From positions 544,001 to 608,000 of the forward strand of contig OY829846.1 of NCBI GenBank assembly GCA_963691875.1: 64,000 nucleotides of DNA, in the 5' to 3' direction. The position numbers and the translations under genes are program-made. The first letter of the stretch is position 1. Each line of letters opens with the position of its first letter. A model generated the notes under the pieces. It ran no database searches. It saw nothing but the letters and a program-made list of their open reading frames with translations, and was not told where the DNA came from. Positions 18,902 through 29,879 of this stretch are shown piece by piece. The stretch is from Aureliella sp. (GTDB lineage Bacteria > Planctomycetota > Planctomycetia > Pirellulales > Pirellulaceae).

Positions 18902-19990
18902 GTGACTGATTTTGGCGAAGGCTCAAATGAAAAAATTGAAGTCGGACTCGATATTGGTGGTGCAAATCTGAAACTGGCTTGGCGACAAGGCGACCAATCC
19001 GGCGCCGTCTCCAAGTACTTTCCGATGTGGCAGGAGTATGGCAATTTGAGCCAGGCAATCCGCGATTTGCTACTGGAATTGCACGAGATACCGACTCAAA
19101 TTGCCGTAACGATGACAGGGGAGTTGGCGGATTGTTTCGCGTCCCGTTCGATAGGTGTTGCCTCAATCCTGCAGGCTGTGCAGGAAGCGAGGCAAAAAAT
19201 CCCAACTGTGGTTTACTCGGTTGACGACCAGTGGTTTCCGCTTGACGAGGCGATTGCCAGTTTGCCTGGGACGACTTGGGGGTTTGCTGCTAGCAACTGG
19301 AAGGCGCTTGCAACTTGGGTAGCACAACGTCCAGAGTTTGTAGGTCGATCCGGCGTCCTCGTGGATATCGGATCGACCACTGTGGATGTGATCCCTTTTG
19401 TATATGGAAGCGTTACGACTCCAGCCAAGACTGATCATGATCGCTTGCTCACAAAACAGCTTGTCTACACCGGACTAGAACGCACACCGATTTGCGCGAT
19501 CGTTTCTTCATTGAAGGTCGGAGATTCAGAGTGTCCGATTATAGCCGAGCGATTTGCGGAGTCGCAGGACGCTCATCTACTACTCGGCGAACTCGCAATC
19601 GATGCAAACTGTCGTGACACAGCGGACGGGCGACCAAGGATTCCAGAATTCGCAGCCGCGAGGTTAGCTCGAATGGTTGGCGAAGATAGCACGAGAATGA
19701 AGAACGAAAACTTAATCGAGATCGCAGGGCAGGTCGTTCAAGCTCAGGTAGATCAAGTCGTTCACGCTATAAATCAGAACCTACCTGACGCGGTTGCCAG
19801 TCAACTTCCCACGGTGTGTTTTTGTGGACACGCCAGTGGAATGTTCAAAAGAATCGCGGACGCACTGCAGTTTCCTGCCGAGACGGTACAGCTGGCCGAT
19901 ATCGTCGGTGAGGATATTGCGAGAAGTGCGCCCGCGTTTGCTTTGGTGGAGCTGTCGCAGAACGCAGCGTCGCATCGTGAAGCAAGTTGA
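18902..19990 (+). CDS. hydantoinase/oxoprolinase-family H4MPT/methanofuran-linked protein (Orf9/MfnF-like)
   Basis: GLDIGGANLK, AVTMTGELADCF, AASNW, LVDIGSTTVDVIP, LVYTG, DTADGR and RLARMVGED motifs. Confidence 0.8.
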   Translation: MTDFGEGSNEKIEVGLDIGGANLKLAWRQGDQSGAVSKYFPMWQEYGNLSQAIRDLLLELHEIPTQIAVTMTGELADCFASRSIGVASILQAVQEARQKIPTVVYSVDDQWFPLDEAIASLPGTTWGFAASNWKALATWVAQRPEFVGRSGVLVDIGSTTVDVIPFVYGSVTTPAKTDHDRLLTKQLVYTGLERTPICAIVSSLKVGDSECPIIAERFAESQDAHLLLGELAIDANCRDTADGRPRIPEFAAARLARMVGEDSTRMKNENLIEIAGQVVQAQVDQVVHAINQNLPDAVASQLPTVCFCGHASGMFKRIADALQFPAETVQLADIVGEDIARSAPAFALVELSQNAASHREAS

Positions 19991-19993
19991 ACT

Positions 19994-20617
19994 ATGTCAA
20001 TAAGCAAAGTACGCGTAGTGAAAGTAGGCGGGAGCTTGCTTGACATGCCGAATCTTGGCCAACGCCTCGCCAGTTGGCTGAGCGCGCAACCGCCTGCGGT
20101 GAACTTGCTTGTCGTCGGAGGTGGAGGATTGGTGAATGCCGTCCGCGATTTGGATAGCAAGCACCATTTTGATGCAGAATTCATTCATTGGCAGTGTGTA
20201 GATTTGCTAGACAAGACTTCCGCAATTTTCGATGAACTCCTGCCAAGATCGCTCGAGCATCGATTGATTAGGCAACGAGAGGAACTAAGTTCGTACCTGG
20301 ACTCCTATGACAAGCAATCATCATCATTAGCGGTGGTGAGTCCTGCGGCGTTCTATGCAAGAGGGGGAAGCGAAGAGGTGCTACCAAATAGTTGGGACAC
20401 CACAACAGATTCAATTTCTGCGTTTCTTGCGATGAGTATTTCGGCCGCAGAATTGGTACTACTCAAGTCGGCTGCTCCTCCGAGTGCCGAGAATGTTGAG
20501 TACGGCGGGGCGGAACATTGGACGGAGCTTGCGGAGCATGGCTACGTCGACGCGAGCTTCCCTCGTATTGCATCGTGCGTTAAGAAGATACGATGCGTGA
20601 ACTTCCGCGGTTTCTGA
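19994..20617 (+). CDS. amino-acid-kinase-family protein (Orf21/MfnE-like)
   Basis: VVKVGGSLL, LVVGGG, LPNSWDTTTDSIS, LVLLKS and GYVDASF motifs, directly after the MfnF-like gene. Confidence 0.75.
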   Translation: MSISKVRVVKVGGSLLDMPNLGQRLASWLSAQPPAVNLLVVGGGGLVNAVRDLDSKHHFDAEFIHWQCVDLLDKTSAIFDELLPRSLEHRLIRQREELSSYLDSYDKQSSSLAVVSPAAFYARGGSEEVLPNSWDTTTDSISAFLAMSISAAELVLLKSAAPPSAENVEYGGAEHWTELAEHGYVDASFPRIASCVKKIRCVNFRGF

Positions 20618-20629
20618 TAAGATTATGGC

Positions 20630-21427
20630 ATGAGTAACGTATCCGAAATTTGCGATTGGATGGGAGCGGTGGCGCCCTTGGCTTTGACCGAGTCCTGGGA
20701 TAACACCGGATTGCTGCTTGGGTGCCCGAGGCACGAAGCCAATCGTGTACAAACTTGTTTGACGCTGACTCCAGAGACGACATCCGAGGCAATCGAGCGT
20801 GACGCACAGTTGGTGATTGTGCATCATCCGCTGCCCTTCAAAGCTTTGAAGCGGATGACCACGCAAACTACAGCTGGATCGATGCTGTGGCAGCTCGCCA
20901 ATGCTGGTTGTAGCATTTACGCACCGCACACGGCCTGGGATTCTGCTGAATTCGGAATTAATGCTTTGCTTGCGGAAAAGCTGAATCTGCAAGGCGTCGA
21001 GCCAATCATCAATATCGCGAATCCCGAACATCCGGGCTTGGGAGCAGGTAGGATTGGAGACCTGCCAGATTCGATGAGTGCACAAGGTCTAGCATCACTG
21101 TTGTCGGGCCTGCCCGGTTACCGACCAAGAGCGGTGTTTCCTCAAAAGGACGTTAAACGTGTTGCGATTGCTTGCGGCAGCGGAGGGAGTTTATTGAGCG
21201 ATGGTTTGGCCTCCGGTTGTGATTTATTCTTAACCGGGGAGGCAACCTATCATACTTGTTTGGAGGCGGAGGCCGCGGAGTGTGCCATGCTTATGGTTGG
21301 GCACTATGCGAGCGAACGTTTTGCGATGGAACAGCTTGCTCATGAGCTTGCAGCTCAATTCCCCGCGATTGAATGCTGGGCCAGCGAACGAGAAAGCGAT
21401 CCGGTACAAGCGATTGCACTCCCTTGA
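20630..21427 (+). CDS. Nif3-like dinuclear metal center protein (YbgI/DUF34)
   Basis: ESWDNTGLLLG, IVHHPLPF, HTAWD, VAIACGSGG, FLTGE and GHYASE motifs. Confidence 0.9.
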   Translation: MSNVSEICDWMGAVAPLALTESWDNTGLLLGCPRHEANRVQTCLTLTPETTSEAIERDAQLVIVHHPLPFKALKRMTTQTTAGSMLWQLANAGCSIYAPHTAWDSAEFGINALLAEKLNLQGVEPIINIANPEHPGLGAGRIGDLPDSMSAQGLASLLSGLPGYRPRAVFPQKDVKRVAIACGSGGSLLSDGLASGCDLFLTGEATYHTCLEAEAAECAMLMVGHYASERFAMEQLAHELAAQFPAIECWASERESDPVQAIALP

Positions 21428-21468
21428 ACGCAAACGCCAATGAATCCTTCACTATCAAGACGAAGTTG

Positions 21469-22941
21469 ATGAAACTGAAGATGCTTGTTTTTACGGTGTT
21501 TAGCTTACTGTTTTTCTTTTCCCAGCTTGGGAGTTCAGCATTAGCACACGCAGACCAGCCGAACATCTTGGTCATTTTGGTAGATGACATGGGCTACGGA
21601 GATCCAGGGTGTTTCAATCCGAAATCAAAGATCGCAACGCCCAATATTGATTTCTTGGCGGCGCGCGGAATGAAATTCACAGATGCACATGCGCCAGGAC
21701 CGCTTTGTCATATGTCGCGTTATGGGTTGATGACAGGTCAGTATCCTTTTCGCACCAACGTCGGTTTGTGGCGGAAACAGCCGTTGATCGAAGAAGGCCA
21801 AATGACGATCGCGTCACTAGCTAAATCCCAAGGGTATCGAACGGCGATGGTAGGCAAGTGGCATTGTGGCTTTGATGAAAGAGGTGGTTATACAAAACCG
21901 CTTCCGGGCGGTCCATTCGATCGTGGTTTTGACTCGTTCTTCGGAATTAGAGCATCGACGGACATCCCTCCCTACTTCTTCATTCGCGACAATCGGGCTG
22001 TCACGCCACCCAGCAACCAGACTGGTGGGAACAAGAGCGACGGTTGGTCTCCGATTCAAGGAGCGTTCTGGCGCGCAGGCGGAATCGCCCCGGATTTGAA
22101 TCTGGCAGAAGTCACACCGCGTTTTACCCAAGAAGCAATTTCCGTCATCAAGCGGCATGCGAAAACCAAGGAAGAGAAGCCGCTGATGCTCTACTTAGCT
22201 TATCCCTCGCCTCACACTCCGTGGTTGCCATCGAAGAACTACGCTGGAAAGAGCGGAGCAGGTATGTTTGGCGATTTTATGATGATGGTAGACGATGAAA
22301 TCGGACAAGTTCTTACTGCACTCGATGAAGCCGAGATGACCGAAGAGACACTTTTGATCTTCACGGCAGATAATGGCCCTGTATGGTATGACGAGGATGT
22401 TGAGAAGTTTGGACATGATTCTGCAGGTGACTTACGCGGGATGAAAGCCGATGCCTGGGAGGCAGGCCATCGAATGCCATTCATCGTGCGTTGGCCAGGA
22501 AAAGTTGAGCAAGGCACAACGACGAACCAGACAATTTGCTTTACCGATCTACTGGCATCCTTTGCAGACGTGCTTGACGTAGAGTTGACGGCGGATCAGG
22601 GGCCAGATAGCTTCAGCTTTTTGCCTGTGCTCACCGGAGAGCAGCCTGCGTCGGAGCCCATTCGTGGGCCGATTGTCATGACGCCAGGTTCCGGCGATGG
22701 TATGCAAATGGTTCGTGCTGGTGACTGGAAGTTAATCAAAGGGCAAGGATCGGGCGGTTTCTCGAAGCCGAAGAAGCGGAATCCAAACGCTGGCGAGCCT
22801 GTAGGACAGCTTTATAATCTTGCGACGGATCCGAGCGAGTCGAAAAATCTCTACGCGCAACACCCAGAGATCGTGAAGAGGCTTCTGGCTACGATGGAGC
22901 GTATTGTTGCTTCGGATTCGAGCAAGATGCTTGAGTACTAG
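21469..22941 (+). CDS. arylsulfatase (S1 family), secreted
   Basis: Signal peptide, PNILVILVDDMGYGD, GKWH, PHTPW, FTADNG and LYNLATDPSE motifs. The active-site motif is the variant CHMSR. Confidence 0.9.
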   Translation: MKLKMLVFTVFSLLFFFSQLGSSALAHADQPNILVILVDDMGYGDPGCFNPKSKIATPNIDFLAARGMKFTDAHAPGPLCHMSRYGLMTGQYPFRTNVGLWRKQPLIEEGQMTIASLAKSQGYRTAMVGKWHCGFDERGGYTKPLPGGPFDRGFDSFFGIRASTDIPPYFFIRDNRAVTPPSNQTGGNKSDGWSPIQGAFWRAGGIAPDLNLAEVTPRFTQEAISVIKRHAKTKEEKPLMLYLAYPSPHTPWLPSKNYAGKSGAGMFGDFMMMVDDEIGQVLTALDEAEMTEETLLIFTADNGPVWYDEDVEKFGHDSAGDLRGMKADAWEAGHRMPFIVRWPGKVEQGTTTNQTICFTDLLASFADVLDVELTADQGPDSFSFLPVLTGEQPASEPIRGPIVMTPGSGDGMQMVRAGDWKLIKGQGSGGFSKPKKRNPNAGEPVGQLYNLATDPSESKNLYAQHPEIVKRLLATMERIVASDSSKMLEY

Positions 22942-23120
22942 GACTCGTCATCACTAGCGAAACGCATCAAAATCTTCGCCTGATACTTATCAGATTTACA
23001 GCCTCATTGGCTGCAGCTGTGCGAATCTGGGGGGGCAAACCACGGACTCGTAGCCTCGTCCACTACACCTGAGTGTTTTATCTTCGTGACAGGACGAGAC
23101 CGAAGCAAAAGGATTCTTCT

Positions 23121-23519
23121 ATGTCAAAGGACTTTGTAGTTCGCGTTTTGCCCGGGGAATATGCGATCTGCCGATTGGCACCTGAATCTTCTATCCCAGA
23201 CTCGCCAGAAGATGCAAAATTTTGCTCGGTCACTGTTACCGAAGCTGAAATTTCAGTCGTTTGTGAGTCGAGCCATGTACCTGCAGGATGTCAAACTACG
23301 GATGCAGATTGGGGCATCGTCTATATTGATGCTCAAATGGATCTCGACATCGTCGGTGTGCTTGCAAAGTTGCTCGCACCACTACGTAAAGCGGGGATCA
23401 GCATCTTTGCGATTTCTACGTTCGATACGGACTATGTTTTGATCCGAAAGTCAAAGTTGCCGGTGGCCCTGAATGTTCTTCGGAGCGTCGGGTACGACGT
23501 TCGAGATGAAGACGGTTAG
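23121..23519 (+). CDS. ACT domain-containing protein
   Basis: VGVLAKLLAPLRKAGISIFAISTFDTDYVLI motif. Confidence 0.85.
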   Translation: MSKDFVVRVLPGEYAICRLAPESSIPDSPEDAKFCSVTVTEAEISVVCESSHVPAGCQTTDADWGIVYIDAQMDLDIVGVLAKLLAPLRKAGISIFAISTFDTDYVLIRKSKLPVALNVLRSVGYDVRDEDG

Positions 23520-23766
23520 TTTAGCCGTCGACCGAACGCCGAAACCATTGGTTCTATTGCACTGCATTCGTGCGCACGAAACAAGATCTGGTCGCATGAG
23601 TCAGCAACTATCGCTCTGCTACGGCTTCGCCCGCAATCCGTCACCAATCAGAGGTGCCCCGTTACCAGATACATGGGGTCCCAAATCGTTCGATACTCAT
23701 GTCTGAAGGTCCGGATCGCTATCGAGGTGCCAAGTGCACAAAAGAATAGCTGTTCTTCGAGCAAGA

Positions 23767-24906
23767 TTAGCTGATGTCAGACAAGCTGCGATCATAGACA
23801 CGATAGGTCTTGCTTCTTTCAAGCCCACTGCGTTCGAGTGTCCCGCGAGAAAGGTGATTCGATTCAAGCACCCAAGAGAATTCGCCGTGCTTGATCCCAA
23901 GTTTTAAGACGTCATCAAGCATCCGTTCTAAGGCTAGCAGTCCGAAGCCCCACTTCTGGAACTCTGGCAAGACATTGGCACTCATCAATCGTACACGGTC
24001 AAGCTTGCGCTTCTCCCGCATCAGCTTGATGAACCCAAACGGAAAGAGTCTTCCGTCGATTTTCTTGATGATTTGGTTGTAATCCATCAGTCCCAGCCCC
24101 GCACCAATGGGCTTTCCGTCGACTTCAATGAACGTTGAAAGCTCTGGAAGCAAGAGATGTTTCAGTGCCTTCCCTTGGTGCCGGACCTCAGACGGTGTAA
24201 GGGGAACAAAGCCCCAGGTCGCAACCAGTGATTTGTTGTAGATGTCAAGAAAGAGCTCGACATCTGACATGAAGTTTTTCTTGTCAAAAGGACGCACGCT
24301 GACATCGAACCGTCGTCGGAGTTCATCGACAACGAATTGCAACTTCGGATCCAACGTAGCCAGCATGTCAATGTGGCCTTCGAAGGCAAACATATCCTCC
24401 TTCTTTTCGAACCCAAAACCCTTAATTAGGCGATCATGATAGTCCTGATTGTAGGTCATCATAAAAGTTGGCGGTGAGTTGAAGCCCTCGACTAGGGTTC
24501 CAACTTCGTAATTAAGGCTTGGGTTGATTGGCCCGCGAATGTCGCTGTGACCATTCTCGTTCCTGTGATAGAGAGCGGCCTCGCGAAACAATGCATTAGC
24601 GATCTCTTGATCGTTGATGCATTCGAAGAAACCGAAGAAGCCGCGATTCTCCTTGTAACGTTCATTGTGGGCCACATTCGTATGAGCCGCGATGCGTCCA
24701 ACAGTTTGGCCGTTCTTCACCGCAATGAAGCACTCAACCTTATTGACGTCGTAGTAGGGGTGCTTGCGAAAGCCGACGAGTTCTTCTTGGGCAAAGATCA
24801 GCGGAGGCACCCAGTTCGGGTCTTCTTTGTAAAGATCCCAAAGCAAACGAATAAAGGCCTTGCGATCTGATCGGTTCCTGCCAACTCTTCGAACTTCAAA
24901 ACTCAC
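23767..24906 (-). CDS. tandem GNAT-family N-acetyltransferase (YghO-like)
   Basis: LYKEDPNWVPPL, VGRIAA, GFFGFFEC, FSWVLESN and KTYRVY motifs. Confidence 0.8.
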   Translation of the reverse strand: MSFEVRRVGRNRSDRKAFIRLLWDLYKEDPNWVPPLIFAQEELVGFRKHPYYDVNKVECFIAVKNGQTVGRIAAHTNVAHNERYKENRGFFGFFECINDQEIANALFREAALYHRNENGHSDIRGPINPSLNYEVGTLVEGFNSPPTFMMTYNQDYHDRLIKGFGFEKKEDMFAFEGHIDMLATLDPKLQFVVDELRRRFDVSVRPFDKKNFMSDVELFLDIYNKSLVATWGFVPLTPSEVRHQGKALKHLLLPELSTFIEVDGKPIGAGLGLMDYNQIIKKIDGRLFPFGFIKLMREKRKLDRVRLMSANVLPEFQKWGFGLLALERMLDDVLKLGIKHGEFSWVLESNHLSRGTLERSGLERSKTYRVYDRSLSDIS

Positions 24907-25049
24907 CGATTCACTTTCCTGTACTGTAGTGTTTGGGTGGGATGAACTGGCTGCAATACAGTCAAGTTATCGCTCAGCTTCGGATCAACCGCTACACCGA
25001 GCAACTCATTGGCCTAGCACAAGCGGCGTGCTGTTGGTTGCATAACGGG

Positions 25050-25859
25050 CTACTGCTGTTCCGGACGCATAGCGTTAGCCACTAACTCGCGGTCAAAGTA
25101 GTTGATGCTCATGCCTGCGTCAACGACCACTGATTGTGCAGTAATCCCGCTGGACCGGGGGCTAAGCAAAAAGGCAGCTGTGTTCGCTACTTCCTCAGTC
25201 TTCAAGGCTTCCTTGCGAGGAATGACTTGTTCGGCGAATAAGTAAGCATCTACGTACCCAGGAATGCCAGCCGAGGCGCTGGTTTTCAAGAGTCCAGCCG
25301 ATACGGCGTTAAATCGCACTTGGCTGAAGCGGCTGAATGATTTAGTCAGGAAAGCGAGTGACGATTCCAACGCGGCTTTCACGGGAGCCATAAATCCATA
25401 GCTTTCACTGGCCATCCGCGTGGTGGAGATTCCGATCGTGACTGCAGAACCTGTAGAATCAAGTTGGTCCTTCAAGGCATTGGCGAGGGCGGTGAAGGAA
25501 AAGCAACTGATATCAACTGCTTGCAAAAACTGTTTGCGCGTCGTCTCATGAAATGGGTGCATGCCGTCGCTGTAATCGGCAAAAGCGATGGAGTGAACAA
25601 AGCCATAGAACCCGTCAAAGTCTGTTCGGAGTCTGCCTGCGAGAGCATCGATCTGTTCTTGCTGTTCTACGTCGCAGACATAGACCGCTTTGTCGACTAG
25701 CAGTTTTCGGAGTTGCTCCTTGCGCTGTTCGCTTCGGACCACATAAACAACCTCGCAACCGGATTCCTCGAGCACCTTCGCGATTTTGAAGGCAACGCTC
25801 TTTTTGTTTGCGACGCCGAAAATGAGGATGCGTTTTCCGCTGAGTTGGAGGAAGTCCAT
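25050..25859 (-). CDS. fabI: enoyl-ACP reductase
   Basis: [17 protein letters not shown], catalytic Y-x6-K (YGFMAPVK), RFNAVSAG and VDAG motifs. Confidence 0.8.
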   Translation of the reverse strand: MDFLQLSGKRILIFGVANKKSVAFKIAKVLEESGCEVVYVVRSEQRKEQLRKLLVDKAVYVCDVEQQEQIDALAGRLRTDFDGFYGFVHSIAFADYSDGMHPFHETTRKQFLQAVDISCFSFTALANALKDQLDSTGSAVTIGISTTRMASESYGFMAPVKAALESSLAFLTKSFSRFSQVRFNAVSAGLLKTSASAGIPGYVDAYLFAEQVIPRKEALKTEEVANTAAFLLSPRSSGITAQSVVVDAGMSINYFDRELVANAMRPEQQ

Positions 25860-25916
25860 TGGTAGGTCGGTTTTTAGTCTGCCATGCGAAGGAAAGAAGG
25901 GCGGTTTGTACTGCGA

Positions 25917-26354
25917 CTACTCTGGCTTGGCGACAGTGCACGCGAAGTCAAGTCTGGCAGCTAGCTTACCACCAACCGTTACCTTGCCAGTCAAGAAAAA
26001 GGCTGTCGAGACAACTTCATTCAGGGTAGCGTGAATGTCAACCGTGTCACCAGGGCGAACCATCTTCTTAAACTTTACCCCGTCCATGCGTGTAGCGACA
26101 GGCACAGCGCCTTCGACAGCAGCCTTGGTTGAGAGCAGGATTGCACCCGCCTGCAAGGCACACTCGCAAAGAATCACACCGGGGACGAGTGGAAATTCAG
26201 GAAAGTGGCCGTCGACGAAGAATTCACTGGCTGAGAATGTCTTGCGGCAATGGATCTGATCTTCGCTTTGTTCAACGATCTCGTCGACGAGGAGCATCGG
26301 TTTGCGGTGCGGAATCACCGCTTCAACTTCTGCCTGTTTCTCGGTTGGACTCAT
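25917..26354 (-). CDS. fabZ: 3-hydroxyacyl-ACP dehydratase (FabZ family)
   Basis: IPHRKPMLLVD, GHFPEFPLVPGVILCE and KFKKMVRPGD motifs. Confidence 0.8.
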   Translation of the reverse strand: MSPTEKQAEVEAVIPHRKPMLLVDEIVEQSEDQIHCRKTFSASEFFVDGHFPEFPLVPGVILCECALQAGAILLSTKAAVEGAVPVATRMDGVKFKKMVRPGDTVDIHATLNEVVSTAFFLTGKVTVGGKLAARLDFACTVAKPE

Positions 26355-26492
26355 GCAACTATTCTTAACTTTGTTGGCGGGATGCGTGGCAGTCGACTAA
26401 AAAAGGCATCACATCGGTTGTTCCAGCCTTTAGCGTGGGTGCCGACGGCTAGTGTCTGGCCGTTTCGTCACACTTTTGTTTGCATTACTGGT

Positions 26493-27938
26493 CTATGCCG
26501 TCACCGGTCCGGCGGCCTGAGCTTTCATGATATATTGATCAACGTCATTGGCGACGATAACACCATAGTTGATGGCGCCAAGCCAGCCAGACATGATGAT
26601 TCCGACGCTCCCGGCATGATAGAGCCCTGGGATCTGCTCTGGCAAAGCACGACTGACAGCGAGGCCTTCGAATTTAGTACCAAAACTTGCGCCGGTAAGG
26701 TGCTTGGTGTAGTGTTTGAAAGTCCTCGGAGTGGCTGCCTCAGCTCGTTCTAATTTGTCTCGGATACCCGGGACATACCTGTCGAGGGCATCCAAGGTGG
26801 TCTCTACTAAGTCCTGCTTGCTCGCTTCGTATTCTTCTTCGTTCAGGTTCGCCCAGTCTTCATATCGGGCATTAGTGCTACTGACGATTGCGTGTCGACG
26901 CTTTTTCGCATTCGGACGTGTACGCGGGTAGTAGAAGCTGAAGGTACGACTCGTGATGTCTCGACTCAGCAATGCTTCAGTACGGAAAAGTGGTGCTGTC
27001 GAGCTGAATAACAAGTCACCGGTCGACTCGTCGATTTCCACGCCCTCCTTGAGAGCCATGTAGACTTGAGTACTGCTGTTATTCAGTCTCACCTGCCTTG
27101 CCTGCTCGACGAAACTTGGGTCAAACTTCTCTTCGCCAACAAGATTGAAAATAGTACCGTTCAGATTTGAGTTACTGATCACACTGCCACAGCGGATGAT
27201 GCGTCCGTTCACCTCGATCGCCTGAACACCTTTGGGGCCAACTTCGATTTTGGACACGTCGCAGTTAATGCGGCAGTCGACCTTGTTCTTCTGCAGTTCG
27301 GCGTGCATCTTCTTGATTAGGTCGTCTGTACCACCTTCGTAGATGTAGACGCCCTTGGCCATAAAATTGGAGAAGACGATGCCATAGGTAATAGCAGGGT
27401 CTTCCAGTGTGGAGCCATTGGCGTAGGTGATTGGCTCCATCAGGAGTCGAACAACGTCCTCGCGACCGGGAAAGAATTTCTCGAAGAGTTCTCGAGTGGT
27501 CATTTCTTGGTCGTCGTAGAAGTTCATGCCGCGAGCGGTATCGAAAAACTTCTTGACCTGCTCTGGAGCAATTCCAAAATCCGTTGAGAGCAGACGTGTG
27601 AAATCCTCACGATTAAAGGTCGTAGTGAGAGAAAACATCGGATTGTCGAAACGGATGTTTTCTAACTGCACGATGTTGGCCGCGATATCCTCGTTCCAAT
27701 AGCGACGACAACTCTTCAGCATGCCCGCTGGAAATCCGTGGAGTGAGACGTCGAAGATGTGTCCGCCGGGGCGCAGGAACCATGTAGCGAGGCCGCCTAG
27801 CTTGTAGTGCTGCTCTACTAAAAGAACACGATGGCCTGAACGTCCGAGGATGTTTGCCGTGGTCAGCCCAGCGAGCCCGCTCCCGATGACTACGACGTCG
27901 TAGTAATCTTCACAACCTTTCAAGAAATCGCGAGGCAT
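26493..27938 (-). CDS. phytoene desaturase-family FAD-dependent oxidoreductase
   Basis: [12 protein letters not shown]ossmann motif, [16 protein letters not shown] and GLYHAG motifs. Probable start MPRDFLKG. Confidence 0.85.
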   Translation of the reverse strand: MPRDFLKGCEDYYDVVVIGSGLAGLTTANILGRSGHRVLLVEQHYKLGGLATWFLRPGGHIFDVSLHGFPAGMLKSCRRYWNEDIAANIVQLENIRFDNPMFSLTTTFNREDFTRLLSTDFGIAPEQVKKFFDTARGMNFYDDQEMTTRELFEKFFPGREDVVRLLMEPITYANGSTLEDPAITYGIVFSNFMAKGVYIYEGGTDDLIKKMHAELQKNKVDCRINCDVSKIEVGPKGVQAIEVNGRIIRCGSVISNSNLNGTIFNLVGEEKFDPSFVEQARQVRLNNSSTQVYMALKEGVEIDESTGDLLFSSTAPLFRTEALLSRDITSRTFSFYYPRTRPNAKKRRHAIVSSTNARYEDWANLNEEEYEASKQDLVETTLDALDRYVPGIRDKLERAEAATPRTFKHYTKHLTGASFGTKFEGLAVSRALPEQIPGLYHAGSVGIIMSGWLGAINYGVIVANDVDQYIMKAQAAGPVTA

Positions 27939-28260
27939 ATGCGGGACCTGCAGGGCAGAGATGTGACGGAGAAACCGGGCCAACTGTTGGCTCGAGGAAT
28001 GGAAAGATAAGGCACTTTAGGGAGAATGCCAAGCTCTAATGGCGGCCGCTCCGCCCGTAATGGACGCGAGGAGAACTGCGGCAGCATTTGCAAAGACGGC
28101 AATGCGTCCTCGTTACTTGGACGAAGCTGCATAGGTTCCAAACTAGTGTCGCGATTCTTACGTGTGGGGATTAGGGCCCCTCGCTACAGTGATAGGACTG
28201 TTGCTGACATGTCAGTGAAGCTCGGGACGAGACTTCGTCAACTCATCTATCACCCGAGCC

Positions 28261-29004
28261 TCACTTGAGCGTGATTGCCTTTTGGAGTGGTTGGAGAACA
28301 TTTTCCACGAGGTAGTTGTCGAGCAGGCGCTCTCCGAGCTCGGCTAATCGCGTGATCTCTTCGCTGAACTTTTCGCTGCTTTTCAGGCTATCGAAACGCC
28401 TCAAAGTCAGGTAGATGCTGATCTGCTCCTCGCCATACTCCCCACTTCGCACTTGGAAGGGGGAGGTGCGAGATTCGAAAGCGATCCGACACTGCGTTAG
28501 GCAGCCGTCGTCCAATGCCAACTGCATGACAGGTTCATAGCCCAACAGTTTGGCTTCCGTAATCTCCGTCAACTTTTCAAACGCGGGTGGCACACCCATG
28601 GCTTCAGCGATTAACTCGTTGTGATTCCCGCGATAGTTGTAGTCAAAACCAAATGTCAGATTCAACGACTCGCAGTCCAAGTGACTGATCGATAGCTCGA
28701 AAGGAATCAACTCCAAGACGGAGCGATGCTGCTCGACTGCCTCGGAAATGAGCTCCGGATTGACTGCCCCACTACAAACACGCTTCACCTCAGTCGCAAC
28801 CCAGCGATATTGTCCGGAAGTCTTCTCCTCCTCCAAGCTGAACTCGCCGTTGTCTCGGGTGTAGAAGTTTGCCATCCTGGGGAAGCGTTTTTGAATCTGC
28901 TCGAAAAAATGTAGAACAGACTCACGGTTCTGAGGAAGGTCCATCTCGGTATTTAGATGCATGTTCACGTAGAACTCATCACAGATCGACGAGTACTTGT
29001 GCAT
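28261..29004 (-). CDS. conserved hypothetical protein
   Basis: 247-aa coding-like ORF with AAGGA SD. No motif recognised. Confidence 0.7.
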   Translation of the reverse strand: MHKYSSICDEFYVNMHLNTEMDLPQNRESVLHFFEQIQKRFPRMANFYTRDNGEFSLEEEKTSGQYRWVATEVKRVCSGAVNPELISEAVEQHRSVLELIPFELSISHLDCESLNLTFGFDYNYRGNHNELIAEAMGVPPAFEKLTEITEAKLLGYEPVMQLALDDGCLTQCRIAFESRTSPFQVRSGEYGEEQISIYLTLRRFDSLKSSEKFSEEITRLAELGERLLDNYLVENVLQPLQKAITLK

Positions 29005-29438
29005 GGCAACATTCCTTGTTCGTTGAAAATGATTCGCGATGCGGTAGGATCAGATGGCTAAAATCCGGCAACCAACGCCCCAGCAACCGCCTCAAACGTT
29101 TGGCCTTTTGTGCTCCAACGATTGGGAACTTAGTCAATGGAGTTGCCTCTCTCCTTTCCGATTCTGATTTGCTAGCCGGTCTAGCCGTTCGCACCGACCG
29201 GCGGTCATGAACGCGTGGGGAAGTGTAGACATCGTTCCGACGGGATGTCAAAGCGTTGGGGTGCAAACGCGCCGAACTCGGCGATTGTGAAGTTAGCTAG
29301 AAACGGTATTCTTTACCTGTAGTATGTAGGCTTCGGGGGAATCGGCAAATGCTTAAGCGTGAACAACTAGTTTTGGAGCCTAGTTGGGCGGCAAGCTAGC
29401 GCAGGAATTCTAGAAAAGCCCGTGCGGTAGGGAATTCA

Positions 29439-29879
29439 ATGAATCTTCAATTTATCTTCGTCTACGGGACTTTAAAGACTAGGCAACTGCGAGAACGAAG
29501 CTGGCCGCGGAACCCCGTCTCGATCGAACTTGGCTGGACACTTGGGGCGCTGTATGATACCGGTCCCTATCCCGCATTAGTCGATGGGCAGGATGGCGTT
29601 GCGGGCGAGGCTTGGGGCTTTAAAGAGGCTGATCTAGAGGAGACGCTTGTAGTCCTAGATCGCATCGAAGGGACCAATCAACCTCGCGAAGAGAATTACT
29701 ACAACCGTGAGCGAGCAACCGTCTACATGCAGGAAGGCGGACATCGGGAGGCGTTTATCTATCGTTTCGCGAAGTTGGAGCAAATAACTAGTTTTTCTTA
29801 CATGCACCCGCGTCTGGATTTTGAAGGACAACTGCTCAGCATCTGGCCAGAAGGATGCACATGGGAATTAGAAAAGTGA
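29439..29879 (+). CDS. gamma-glutamylcyclotransferase (AIG2-like) family protein
   Basis: IFVYGTLK, GPYPAL, LDRIEG and YNR motifs. Confidence 0.85.
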   Translation: MNLQFIFVYGTLKTRQLRERSWPRNPVSIELGWTLGALYDTGPYPALVDGQDGVAGEAWGFKEADLEETLVVLDRIEGTNQPREENYYNRERATVYMQEGGHREAFIYRFAKLEQITSFSYMHPRLDFEGQLLSIWPEGCTWELEK

